The notes beneath the pieces were generated by a model, which saw nothing but the letters and a program-made list of their open reading frames with translations, was not told where the DNA came from and did not search any database. A stretch of DNA of 41,077 bases from Chloroflexota bacterium (GTDB lineage Bacteria > Chloroflexota > UBA6077 > FW602-bin22 > JACPQP01), in the NCBI GenBank assembly GCA_016190465.1, contig JACPQP010000183.1:1-41077 (forward strand). The letters are read 5' to 3'. A program made the translations under genes and the position numbers. Below are positions 14,958-22,254 of the stretch, piece after piece; the first letter of the stretch is position 1, and the number at the start of each line of letters is the position of its first letter.

Positions 14958-15728
14958 ATGGCCGACCACATGGCGGCAAACAAGACCAAGCGAGCGCTCA
15001 GGGAGGGCCAGGTGGCGCTTGGCGCCTCGATGGCCTCGGCGAGCTCCCTCATGGCCGAGGTGCTCGGGGGCCAGGGGATCGACTTCGTGCTCGTCGACCT
15101 TCAACACGGCGAAACGAACGTCGGCGATGTCCAGCGGCTGGTGCATGCGGTCCTCACCACCGGGGCCACGCCCCTCGTCCGGGTGCCCGGCAACGACTCC
15201 ATCCTGGTCCAGCGTTGCCTGGACCTGGGCGCCTACGGCATCATCGTCCCCTACGTGAACACGGTCGAGATGGCGCGCGCGGTCGTACAGGCGGCCAGGT
15301 ATCCGCCCCTCGGACAGCGCTCCTGCGGCCCGGCCCGAGGTGCGTTCTACCTGGCCTCGGACTACTTTCAGCGCGCCAATGAGGAGCTGCTGGTCGTGGT
15401 CATGCTGGAAACCAGACAGGCTGCCGAGAATGCGGGGGCGATCCTGGCCGTCGAGGGGGTCGACGGGTGCATCATCGGACCCAACGATCTCGCCATCTCC
15501 TATGGGCATCCCTCAGGTCTCCCCCAGCCGCCACCGGACGCCGAACAGGGCGTACAACGCGTCCTGGCGGCGGCGAAACAGACCGGGAAGTTCGCCGGCA
15601 TGTTCCTCTCCGGAGCGCGCGAAGCGAACCGTCGGATCGAGCAGGGCTTTCGTTTCCTGAGCGTGGCGTCGGACGTGAGGATCGCCGCGACGGGACTCCA
15701 GGCGCTGCTCACGGAGATCAGGCGGTAG
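14958..15728 (+). CDS. HpcH/HpaI family aldolase (2-keto-3-deoxy-acid aldolase type)
   Basis: FVLVDLQHGE...PLVRVPGND...DLGAYGIIVPYVNT...ARYPPLGQRS...VMLET...VEGVDGCIIGPNDL. Confidence 0.85.
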   Translation: MADHMAANKTKRALREGQVALGASMASASSLMAEVLGGQGIDFVLVDLQHGETNVGDVQRLVHAVLTTGATPLVRVPGNDSILVQRCLDLGAYGIIVPYVNTVEMARAVVQAARYPPLGQRSCGPARGAFYLASDYFQRANEELLVVVMLETRQAAENAGAILAVEGVDGCIIGPNDLAISYGHPSGLPQPPPDAEQGVQRVLAAAKQTGKFAGMFLSGAREANRRIEQGFRFLSVASDVRIAATGLQALLTEIRR

Positions 15729-15764
15729 CCGGAAATCTGGCGGGTGCGGGAGCGATCGCGGGAA

Positions 15765-16793
15765 ATGTCTACGGCGGCCAGCAAGTTCAAGGTGCTCATG
15801 GTCGACGCGCCCCCCGACTGGGATATCTCCCTGATCGCCGCGGAGCTGGCCCCGGTCGGCGCCACACTGGCCGTGGCAAACCTGCGCGCCGAGGGCGAGA
15901 TCGTCCAGGCCGCTGGCGACGCGGATGGACTGCTGGTGCTGGTGGCCAGGATCACGCGACGGGTGATGGAGTCTCTGCCCAGGCTCAAGGTCATTGGTCG
16001 CTGTGGCATTGGCGTCGATACGCTCGACGTCGAGGCGGCGACCGAGCTGGGTATCGCCGTCTGCAACACGCCGGGGTTCTGTGCGCGCGAGGTCGCCGAT
16101 CATACCATCATGTTCATGCTCGCGTGCGCCAAGCCGCTGCTGCCACTGCACACGTGTACGCGCGCGGGGAACTGGTTTGGTCGCTCCATCGCCGGGGATC
16201 GACCGAGCCTCTGGAGATGCACACTCGGTCTCATCGGCTTCGGCGAGATCGGCCGCGAAGTGGCGAAGCGCGCCCTCGGCTTTGGCGTGCAGGTCCTCGC
16301 CTCCGACCCGTTCGTCGACCAGGCCGCGGCCACCACCTCCGGAGTGACCCTGGTCGAGCTCGACCAGTTGCTCGCCAGGTCCGACTTCGTCTCGATACAC
16401 GCGCCCCTCAACCAGCAAACACACCATCTGATGGGTGAGCGCGAGCTTCGGTTGATGAAACCGACCTCCTTCCTGCTGAACACTGCTCGGGGCTCGCTCG
16501 TCGATGAGGGGGCGCTGACCAGGGCGCTCCGGGAGAGATGGATTGCCGGCGCTGCCCTGGACGTCTTCGAGCAGGAGCCCATCGATCCCGACCATCCGCT
16601 GTTGCGAATGGACAACGTGCTGGTCACTCCCCACGTCGCCGCGCGGAGCGCGGACTCGCTCCCGGCGTGCCAGCGAAGAATCGGGACGGCGCTCGCCACC
16701 GTGCTCTCCGGCGGCTGGCCAACGCGTGATCTGTACAACCCCCGCGTGAAAGAGACAGCGCATCGACGTCAGATCCAAACGGATGCCTGGTGA
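15765..16793 (+). CDS. D-isomer-specific 2-hydroxyacid dehydrogenase family protein
   Basis: NAD-binding fold LGLIGFGEIGREVAKRALGFGVQV. Catalytic-region blocks LLNTARGSLVDE, AALDVFEQEP and VTPHVAA. The start is either ATG 15765 or GTG 15744; both have a weak SD. Confidence 0.85.
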   Translation: MSTAASKFKVLMVDAPPDWDISLIAAELAPVGATLAVANLRAEGEIVQAAGDADGLLVLVARITRRVMESLPRLKVIGRCGIGVDTLDVEAATELGIAVCNTPGFCAREVADHTIMFMLACAKPLLPLHTCTRAGNWFGRSIAGDRPSLWRCTLGLIGFGEIGREVAKRALGFGVQVLASDPFVDQAAATTSGVTLVELDQLLARSDFVSIHAPLNQQTHHLMGERELRLMKPTSFLLNTARGSLVDEGALTRALRERWIAGAALDVFEQEPIDPDHPLLRMDNVLVTPHVAARSADSLPACQRRIGTALATVLSGGWPTRDLYNPRVKETAHRRQIQTDAW

Positions 16794-16844
16794 CCGGCCA
16801 GAGTCGATTCTGTTTGCCCGCATAGTTCCCACCTCCGGCAGCCC

Positions 16845-16894
16845 TTTTCCTGTTGGCGTCACCGCAAGATACCGTGCGGTGACGCCAACAGGAA
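16845..16894 (+). terminator. 21-bp perfect stem / 8-nt loop hairpin between the dehydrogenase and URO-D genes (terminator-like, no U-tract)
   Basis: tttcctgttggcgtcaccgca (16845-16865), loop agataccg, tgcggtgacgccaacaggaaa (16874-16894). I verified base by base that the arms are exact reverse complements. Confidence 0.55.
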
Positions 16895-16967
16895 ACGACT
16901 TGCCATGGGAGGGGGCGTCAGCGTATCCTTACAAGGGAATCGACAGGGCGAGGGAGGTGTTTCGACG

Positions 16968-18086
16968 ATGATGAGTTCCCGCGAGCGGGTCGTGACTGCG
17001 CTGAGCCGGCAGATTCCTGACCGGGTGCCCTGGGATGTCGGCTCCCTGTCACCCGCGTTGGAGGAGGCGTTCAAGACCCGAACCGGGGCCGGGGACGCCC
17101 GGGAGTTCTTTGGGGTCGACGTCCGAAGCGTCAGTCTTAGCATCCCCACGGGCTGGGGGCGCATCCCGAAGCCGGATGATCTGACGGACCCCGACTGGCC
17201 CCGGAAAGAGGCCCGCTTCCGACAGTACTACTCCTGGCTCCCCGAGCGCGTCACCATTGACGAGTGGGGCCGGGCCTACGCTCCCGGCGACTACTACCAC
17301 TTCGTCAAGATCCACGGGCCGATGGGCGGCTTCACCACGTTGGCCGAGCTGGAAGCGTACCCCTGGCCGGACTTCGCCGCCGACTTCCGGATCGAGCACA
17401 TGCGGCGTCGCGTCCGGGAGTTCCACGGTCGCGACCTGGCCGTGGGGGCGGGCCTGGCCACGACCCACTTCGAGACAGCCTGGCAGCTCCGCGGCTACGA
17501 CCAGTTCTTCCTCGACATGGTCGAGTTCCCCGAGTTCACCACAGCACTCCTGGACAAGATCACTGACCTTCGCCAGCCCGCGGCCCGCGCCTTCGCCGAG
17601 GCCGACGTAGACGTCCTCATGCTCGGCGACGACGTCAGCATGCAGACCGGCATGATGATGCGCGTGGCCACCTGGCGCCAGTGGTTCAAGCCGCGCCTGG
17701 CCGCCGTCATCGCGGCTGCCCGGGAGATCAAGCCCGACATTCACGTCTGGTACCACAGCGACGGCAACCCCGAGGCGATCGTCCCCGACCTGATCGAGAT
17801 CGGCGTGAACGTGCTCAATCCGGTTCAGCCAGAGTGCGTGGACCCGGCGAAGCTGAAGCGACTCTACGGCGACCGGCTGGCCTTCTGGGGATCCATCGGC
17901 ATCCAGCACACGATGCCATTCGGCTCGCCCGACGACGTCCGGCGCGAGGTGAAGGAGCGGATGGAGACTGTCGGGGCCGGAGGAGGGCTCCTGCTCGCGC
18001 CGACGCACATGCTGGAGCCGGAGGTGCCGCTGGAGAACGTCTTTGCGCTGGCGGAGGCGATCCAGACGTACGGCCGGTACGCGTGA
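16968..18086 (+). CDS. Uroporphyrinogen decarboxylase (URO-D) fold family protein, paralog 1
   Basis: ATG follows GGGAGG. Family-like blocks MLGDDVSMQTGMMM...WRQWFKPRL, VWYHSDGNPEAIVPDLIEIGVNVLNPVQPEC and GSPDDVRREVKERME...GGLLLAPTHMLEPEVPLENV. Confidence 0.7.
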   Translation: MMSSRERVVTALSRQIPDRVPWDVGSLSPALEEAFKTRTGAGDAREFFGVDVRSVSLSIPTGWGRIPKPDDLTDPDWPRKEARFRQYYSWLPERVTIDEWGRAYAPGDYYHFVKIHGPMGGFTTLAELEAYPWPDFAADFRIEHMRRRVREFHGRDLAVGAGLATTHFETAWQLRGYDQFFLDMVEFPEFTTALLDKITDLRQPAARAFAEADVDVLMLGDDVSMQTGMMMRVATWRQWFKPRLAAVIAAAREIKPDIHVWYHSDGNPEAIVPDLIEIGVNVLNPVQPECVDPAKLKRLYGDRLAFWGSIGIQHTMPFGSPDDVRREVKERMETVGAGGGLLLAPTHMLEPEVPLENVFALAEAIQTYGRYA

Positions 18087-18134
18087 TCCGCACGTAGCGA
18101 TCAGCAGTCAGCCGTCAGGCGGAGGCCCGGGACT

Positions 18135-18185
18135 ATGGAGTTGAAACCGCAGATGAACGCAGATGCACACAGATGGCCGCGCTAG
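18135..18185 (+). other. Candidate 16-codon upstream ORF (MELKPQMNADAHRWPR) overlapping the start of the next gene
   Basis: ATG 18135 lies 9 nt after GGAGG (18121-18125). The stop TAG 18183-18185 falls after the ATG 18173 of the downstream gene, and that gene has no SD of its own. Confidence 0.25.
18146..18175 (+). repeat. 3 x 10-bp tandem repeat carrying C[AG]CAGATG, ending in the start codon of URO-D paralog 2
   Basis: cgcagatg at 18148 and 18158, cacagatg at 18168; the period is exactly 10 bp. Confidence 0.7.
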
Positions 18186-19258
18186 GCACGGTGCGCGAAA
18201 CACTTGCGGAGGGACGGCTGGTGAACTACCGGGAGAACTATCTTCGCGCGGTGGAGTTTCGGTATCCCGAGTGGATCCCCTGCTCGGTGGCGCTGTCGCC
18301 GGTGAGCTGGCGGACGTACCGGGAGGACCTGGAGAAGCTGGTCCTGGATCATCCGCGGATATTCCCGCGCTATTCGCGGCCTGACGAGGACTTCTACGAC
18401 GAGATGCCGGTGGTCTATCGGGAAGGGGAGTACTACCGGGACAACTGGGGATGTCTCTGGTACAACATTCAGGAGGGCCTGGAGGGTCAGGTCGTCGACC
18501 ATCCCCTGGCCGACTGGAGCGCCCTGGACACCTACCGGATGCCGGACCCGCTGACCCAGACCGAGCGCGGGGAGAGAGACTGGGGGGAGATCCGCGAGGA
18601 CTTCGAGGAGCTCCGGAGAGACGGGCACGTCGTCCGAGGGCCAGGAGAGCGTCTCTTTGATCGCCTGTACGTCCTCCGGGGTTTCGAGAACCTGATGCTC
18701 GACTTCGCCGAGGATGCCCCCGAGATCTCCCGGCTCATCGCGATGCTGGAGGACTACGAGCAGAGACTGATCGCCGAGTCGCTGCGGCTGGGCGTGGACA
18801 TGGTCGGCTTTCACACCGACATCGGCACGCAGCGTGGCCTGATGATCAGTCCCCTGAAGTTTCGCCGGTACGTCAGGCCGATGTTCAAGCGGCTCTTCCA
18901 GACCTGTCGGGCGGCCGGAGCGCACGTCTATCTCTCCTCGGATGGCCGCCTCCTGGACATCGTGGACGATCTGGTCGAGTGTGGCGTCTCGGTCCACGAT
19001 CCCCAGTTGCGGGCCAACACCCTGGAGGGCATCGTCCGCGCGTACAGGGGGAAGCTCTGCGCCAACGTCGACCTGGATCGCCAGGGGTTCCCGTTCATGA
19101 CGGCCGCCGAGATCCGCCAGCAGGTGAAAGAGGTGATCGACGCGATGGCGATGCCCGAGGGTGGCCTGATGGTCCTGGCCGCGGTCTACGGACAGGAGAT
19201 CCCCCTGCGGAACATCGCGGCGATCTGCGAGGCCTTCGAGGACTATTGCTTCCCCTGA
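18173..19258 (+). CDS. URO-D fold family protein, paralog 2
   Basis: 361-aa ORF. Blocks VGFHTDIGTQRGLMISPLKFRRYVRPMFKRL, HVYLSSDGRLLDIVDDLVECGVSVHDPQ and EIRQQVKEVIDAM...GGLMVLAAVYGQEIPLRNI parallel those of paralog 1. Confidence 0.65.
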   Translation: MAALGTVRETLAEGRLVNYRENYLRAVEFRYPEWIPCSVALSPVSWRTYREDLEKLVLDHPRIFPRYSRPDEDFYDEMPVVYREGEYYRDNWGCLWYNIQEGLEGQVVDHPLADWSALDTYRMPDPLTQTERGERDWGEIREDFEELRRDGHVVRGPGERLFDRLYVLRGFENLMLDFAEDAPEISRLIAMLEDYEQRLIAESLRLGVDMVGFHTDIGTQRGLMISPLKFRRYVRPMFKRLFQTCRAAGAHVYLSSDGRLLDIVDDLVECGVSVHDPQLRANTLEGIVRAYRGKLCANVDLDRQGFPFMTAAEIRQQVKEVIDAMAMPEGGLMVLAAVYGQEIPLRNIAAICEAFEDYCFP

Positions 19259-19270
19259 TCGCCGCTGACC

Positions 19271-21184
19271 TCACATCTTCTTCCGCAGCGCCGCGAGCAT
19301 CGGGACCAGCTTATACTTGCGGCCGTGGCGGGCGATGAGGTCGTCGAGATACCTTTGCCATTCGGCCGCTCGACCGGCTGTCTTGCTGGCCTCCTGCGCC
19401 CGCCGGAGCCAGTCCACCGCCGCGTCGTAGTGCTGGGCCTTCCCCCCGTCCATGATCGGCTCGGCTCGCTTTCGCCCGGTCCGGATGACCCAGGCGGGGT
19501 CGGTCGCGACCGCCGCGTCCATCACTCGCTGGACCAGCGAGTCGTTGCCGTCGCGCTCGACGGCGGCGATGGCGTCGGCGACGAGGCCCTCGTGCAGGAA
19601 GACGTCCACGGGGCCACTGGCGAGGAATGACCGGGTGCGCCGGAGGTGATCGAGCAGCTCGGCCTTCCTCCCCGGCCAGCCCGGCCCGGCCAACTCCTGG
19701 ACCCGGAGGTAGGCGGCGAGGCTCGGGTCTTCCCGGAAGGCGATCAGCCCGGCCGCCAGCGCCCGGTCGGTCCGCCCCAGCGCGCTGGCCAGGTCGCGCG
19801 TCCAGGTGGCGAGCTCGACCTTCCGGCCCTCGAGGGTCAGACCGCGTTCGGCGACCCGCAGCGCCGGTTCGAGCTGCCCGGCCTCCCGCAGGGCTCTGGC
19901 TACCTCCAGGGCCGCGGGCGCCGTCGCCAGGCGCTGGAGGCTATGCTCGACGGCCTCGCCGGCCCGCCCCAGCCGCACCAGCATCGTGGCGTAGGCCGTG
20001 GTCTGGCCGGCCGCCTCGGCCAGCCGAAGGTACTCCTCGTGGCGGCCCTGGCGATCGAGGATCGTGAGCCGGACGTCGATCAGGTCGGGGTCGAAGAGGT
20101 CGTCTGCGTCGAGATCCTCCTCGTCTTCCTCGTCGTGCTCCTCGTCCTCGCGGCGGCCGTCGGCGCGTTCTTCCTCGAGAGCCGCCGCACCGGCCGTCGG
20201 CGCGCCCGGCTCGCCGCGAAGGACGCGCAGCAGTGGCGGGTAATCCCAGCCCTGCTTGGCCGCCGCGATGGCCGCGAGGAAGCAGTCGTCGACGCCGTAG
20301 TCGCCAACGTCGGCCTGCCAGCCCTCGAGCTTCTCGCGCCACTCCTCGCGTTCGGCGCGGCTCAGGTCGGCGTTCAGGATGGCCTCGGTCCAGGCATTCC
20401 CCAGCTCGCCGAAGAAGTCCCCGATCTCGCCGTTCGAGTCGTCGAGGGTCTCCCAGGCGTCCTTGAACTCGTCGGTCACGGCCTCGAGGACAGCCAGCCC
20501 GCTCCAGGCATCGCCCGCCCGGACGAAGGCCAGCGCCTGGTCGACGACGGCGCGCACCTCGCCGACGACCCCGGAAACTGCCCAGTACGCCTCCGAGGAA
20601 CTCAGCCGGTCGGCGCTGTGGAAGGCTGCCCGGACCGCGCGGCGGTGAGTGCGCACGTCCAGGGGAGCGGGGCGCGGCCGGAGCGGCTCGGCGGCCGCGG
20701 AGGGTCGGACCGAGACGCTCGCCGCCCCGGCTGGCGCCGGGGCCGGACCGGCCGGGATCACCACGAGCAGCGCGATCTGGCTCTCGAGGCCCTCCACCAG
20801 GTCGGGGTGACGCTCGACGAGCCGGAGGAGAATGGTCCGGAGCTGCTCCGGATTCAGGCCGGCGAGCAGGACGTCCAGCGGTGGACGCTCCTGGACCTTC
20901 TCGGGCTGGCGGAGGGCGGCCAGCAGGGTGGCGACGATGTGCTTGCACCAACCGCCCTCGGTGTAGGGGCAGTCGCAAGCGGCGCTGACGATGCCGCTCT
21001 GGTCGAAGGCGATCGCGACGCGGTAGGGCTCGGGCTGGGAACCCCACACGGCGGCGCTCAGCGCGTCGCCCCGGCGCCCGAGGGAGGCGACCGCACCCTC
21101 CGCGTAATAGCTCTCGCCGCGCCGGAACGACTCCTCCGAGGCGTGCTGGCGGATCGTCGCCTCGGTTACTCCTGGTAGCGCCAT
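19271..21184 (-). CDS. SWIM zinc-finger domain protein with a long helical C-terminal region and an acidic tract
   Basis: ATG 21184 lies 9 nt after GGGAGGG. SWIM signature CDCPYTEGGWCKHIVATLL (CxC...CxH). Acidic run EEERADGRREDEEHDEEDEEDLDADD. Confidence 0.8.
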   Translation of the reverse strand: MALPGVTEATIRQHASEESFRRGESYYAEGAVASLGRRGDALSAAVWGSQPEPYRVAIAFDQSGIVSAACDCPYTEGGWCKHIVATLLAALRQPEKVQERPPLDVLLAGLNPEQLRTILLRLVERHPDLVEGLESQIALLVVIPAGPAPAPAGAASVSVRPSAAAEPLRPRPAPLDVRTHRRAVRAAFHSADRLSSSEAYWAVSGVVGEVRAVVDQALAFVRAGDAWSGLAVLEAVTDEFKDAWETLDDSNGEIGDFFGELGNAWTEAILNADLSRAEREEWREKLEGWQADVGDYGVDDCFLAAIAAAKQGWDYPPLLRVLRGEPGAPTAGAAALEEERADGRREDEEHDEEDEEDLDADDLFDPDLIDVRLTILDRQGRHEEYLRLAEAAGQTTAYATMLVRLGRAGEAVEHSLQRLATAPAALEVARALREAGQLEPALRVAERGLTLEGRKVELATWTRDLASALGRTDRALAAGLIAFREDPSLAAYLRVQELAGPGWPGRKAELLDHLRRTRSFLASGPVDVFLHEGLVADAIAAVERDGNDSLVQRVMDAAVATDPAWVIRTGRKRAEPIMDGGKAQHYDAAVDWLRRAQEASKTAGRAAEWQRYLDDLIARHGRKYKLVPMLAALRKKM

Positions 21185-21286
21185 GGCGCAACACCCTCCC
21201 GAGCCTTCAGCCATCGCCGCGCGGCCCGGGCAGCCGAGCTGCCGCGGCGATGGGAGCATCTCAGAACATTGTTATGACCACTGCCA

Positions 21287-21315
21287 AGTATACTCCGCGG
21301 CGCAGAGCCTGGCAA
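21287..21315 (-). promoter_or_regulatory. Candidate sigma70-type promoter of the SWIM gene
   Basis: On the minus strand: TTGCCA (21310-21315), 17-nt spacer, TATACT (21287-21292). The palindromic core agtatact also gives a + strand TATACT at 21289-21294. Confidence 0.4.
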
Positions 21316-21396
21316 AGTCCGAGCGGGGTGTGGGACGGGCGAGATCAAGGCTATCGAGGCCTGGGCATTGCGGCGGGTGTTCAGACCATGGTACGC

Positions 21397-21443
21397 TCCC
21401 GGTAGAACTCCGGTGGAATCCCGGTTGGGAGACTTCCGGTTGG
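21397..21443 (+). promoter_or_regulatory. Four direct TCCGGT-containing repeats just upstream of the antitoxin start (candidate operator)
   Basis: ccggt at 21399, 21410, 21421 and 21436 (spacings 11, 11, 15), within ctcccggtag / ctccggtgg / tcccggttgg / ttccggttgg. The antitoxin GTG is at 21454. Confidence 0.45.
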
Positions 21444-21453
21444 AGTGTGATGC

Positions 21454-21711
21454 GTGGGCAGAGCAGTGAAGATCGGTATCAGCCTCCCCAGCGAGCTCCT
21501 GGAGACTGCCGAGCGCAGGCGCCAGGCCAGCGGGCAATCCCGTAGCGAGTTCTTCCGATACGTCCTCGAGGCCTTTCTCCGGCGGGAGCAGGAGCAGGAG
21601 GATATCGACCAGTACGTGCAGGCCTACCGGCGATACCCGGAAACGCCCGAAGAGATTCGGGCTGCGGATCAGAATGCGGCGGAGGTCCTGGCAGGGGAGC
21701 CGTGGGAATGA
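21454..21711 (+). CDS. mazE: Ribbon-helix-helix (CopG/MazE-like) antitoxin
   Basis: 85 aa. GTG lies 8 nt after GGAG. RHH pattern VKIGISLPSELLETAERRRQASGQSRSEFFRYVLEAFL. Stop TGA 21709-21711 overlaps the ATG of the next gene (ATGA). Confidence 0.75.
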   Translation: MGRAVKIGISLPSELLETAERRRQASGQSRSEFFRYVLEAFLRREQEQEDIDQYVQAYRRYPETPEEIRAADQNAAEVLAGEPWE

Positions 21712-22034
21712 GGCGCGGAGAGATCTGGTGGGCCGAGTTGTCGCCGCCGGCTGGACGCCGACCGGTGCTGCTGCTCTCCCGAGAAGAGGCGTATGCGGTC
21801 CGGGCGCTGGTGATCGTGGCTCCGGTTACCACTCGTCTGCGCGGGATCCGTGCGGAAGTCGAGCTCGGCCCGGCGGATGGTCTGCCCAGGCGCTGCGCCG
21901 CCAATCTGGATTCCATTACCACGATCCCGAAGAGCCAGTTGCGAGAGAGACTGGCTGGCTTGAGCCCGGAGAAGCTGCGGGCGGTCGACGCCGCAATCCA
22001 CTTTGCCCTTGGGCTAGACGACGCTCGCCCTTGA
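21708..22034 (+). CDS. mazF: PemK/MazF family endoribonuclease toxin
   Basis: MRRGEIWWAELSPPAGRRPVLLLS...LVIVAPVTTRLRGIRAEVEL...ANLDSITTIPKSQL is the typical MazF/PemK pattern. There is a 4-nt ATGA overlap with the antitoxin; GTG 21702 is the alternative start. Confidence 0.8.
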   Translation: MRRGEIWWAELSPPAGRRPVLLLSREEAYAVRALVIVAPVTTRLRGIRAEVELGPADGLPRRCAANLDSITTIPKSQLRERLAGLSPEKLRAVDAAIHFALGLDDARP

Positions 22035-22090
22035 ACCGGTCTTGCGGTAGCTGTCTGCCAGAAACCCGCACCGCCAGAGCGCACGAGTTG

Positions 22091-22099
22091 TGTTAGAAT
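22091..22099 (+). promoter_or_regulatory. Extended -10 promoter element (TGtTAGAAT)
   Basis: tgttagaat at 22091-22099, in the gap between mazF and the response-regulator gene. No good -35 element. Confidence 0.35.
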
Positions 22100-22254
22100 G
22101 GAAGCGCAGTCGGATCGCCAGGCGCCTGTTGTGGACCGCACTGGCACGGCGATGGGACTTTCGGTGCCTGGTTCGGTGCCTGGATCGCGCCTGGATGGGA
22201 AGCGACACCGGGAGCGGGACGCCGACGGCCAACGTCTTGGACCGGGGGATCAAG

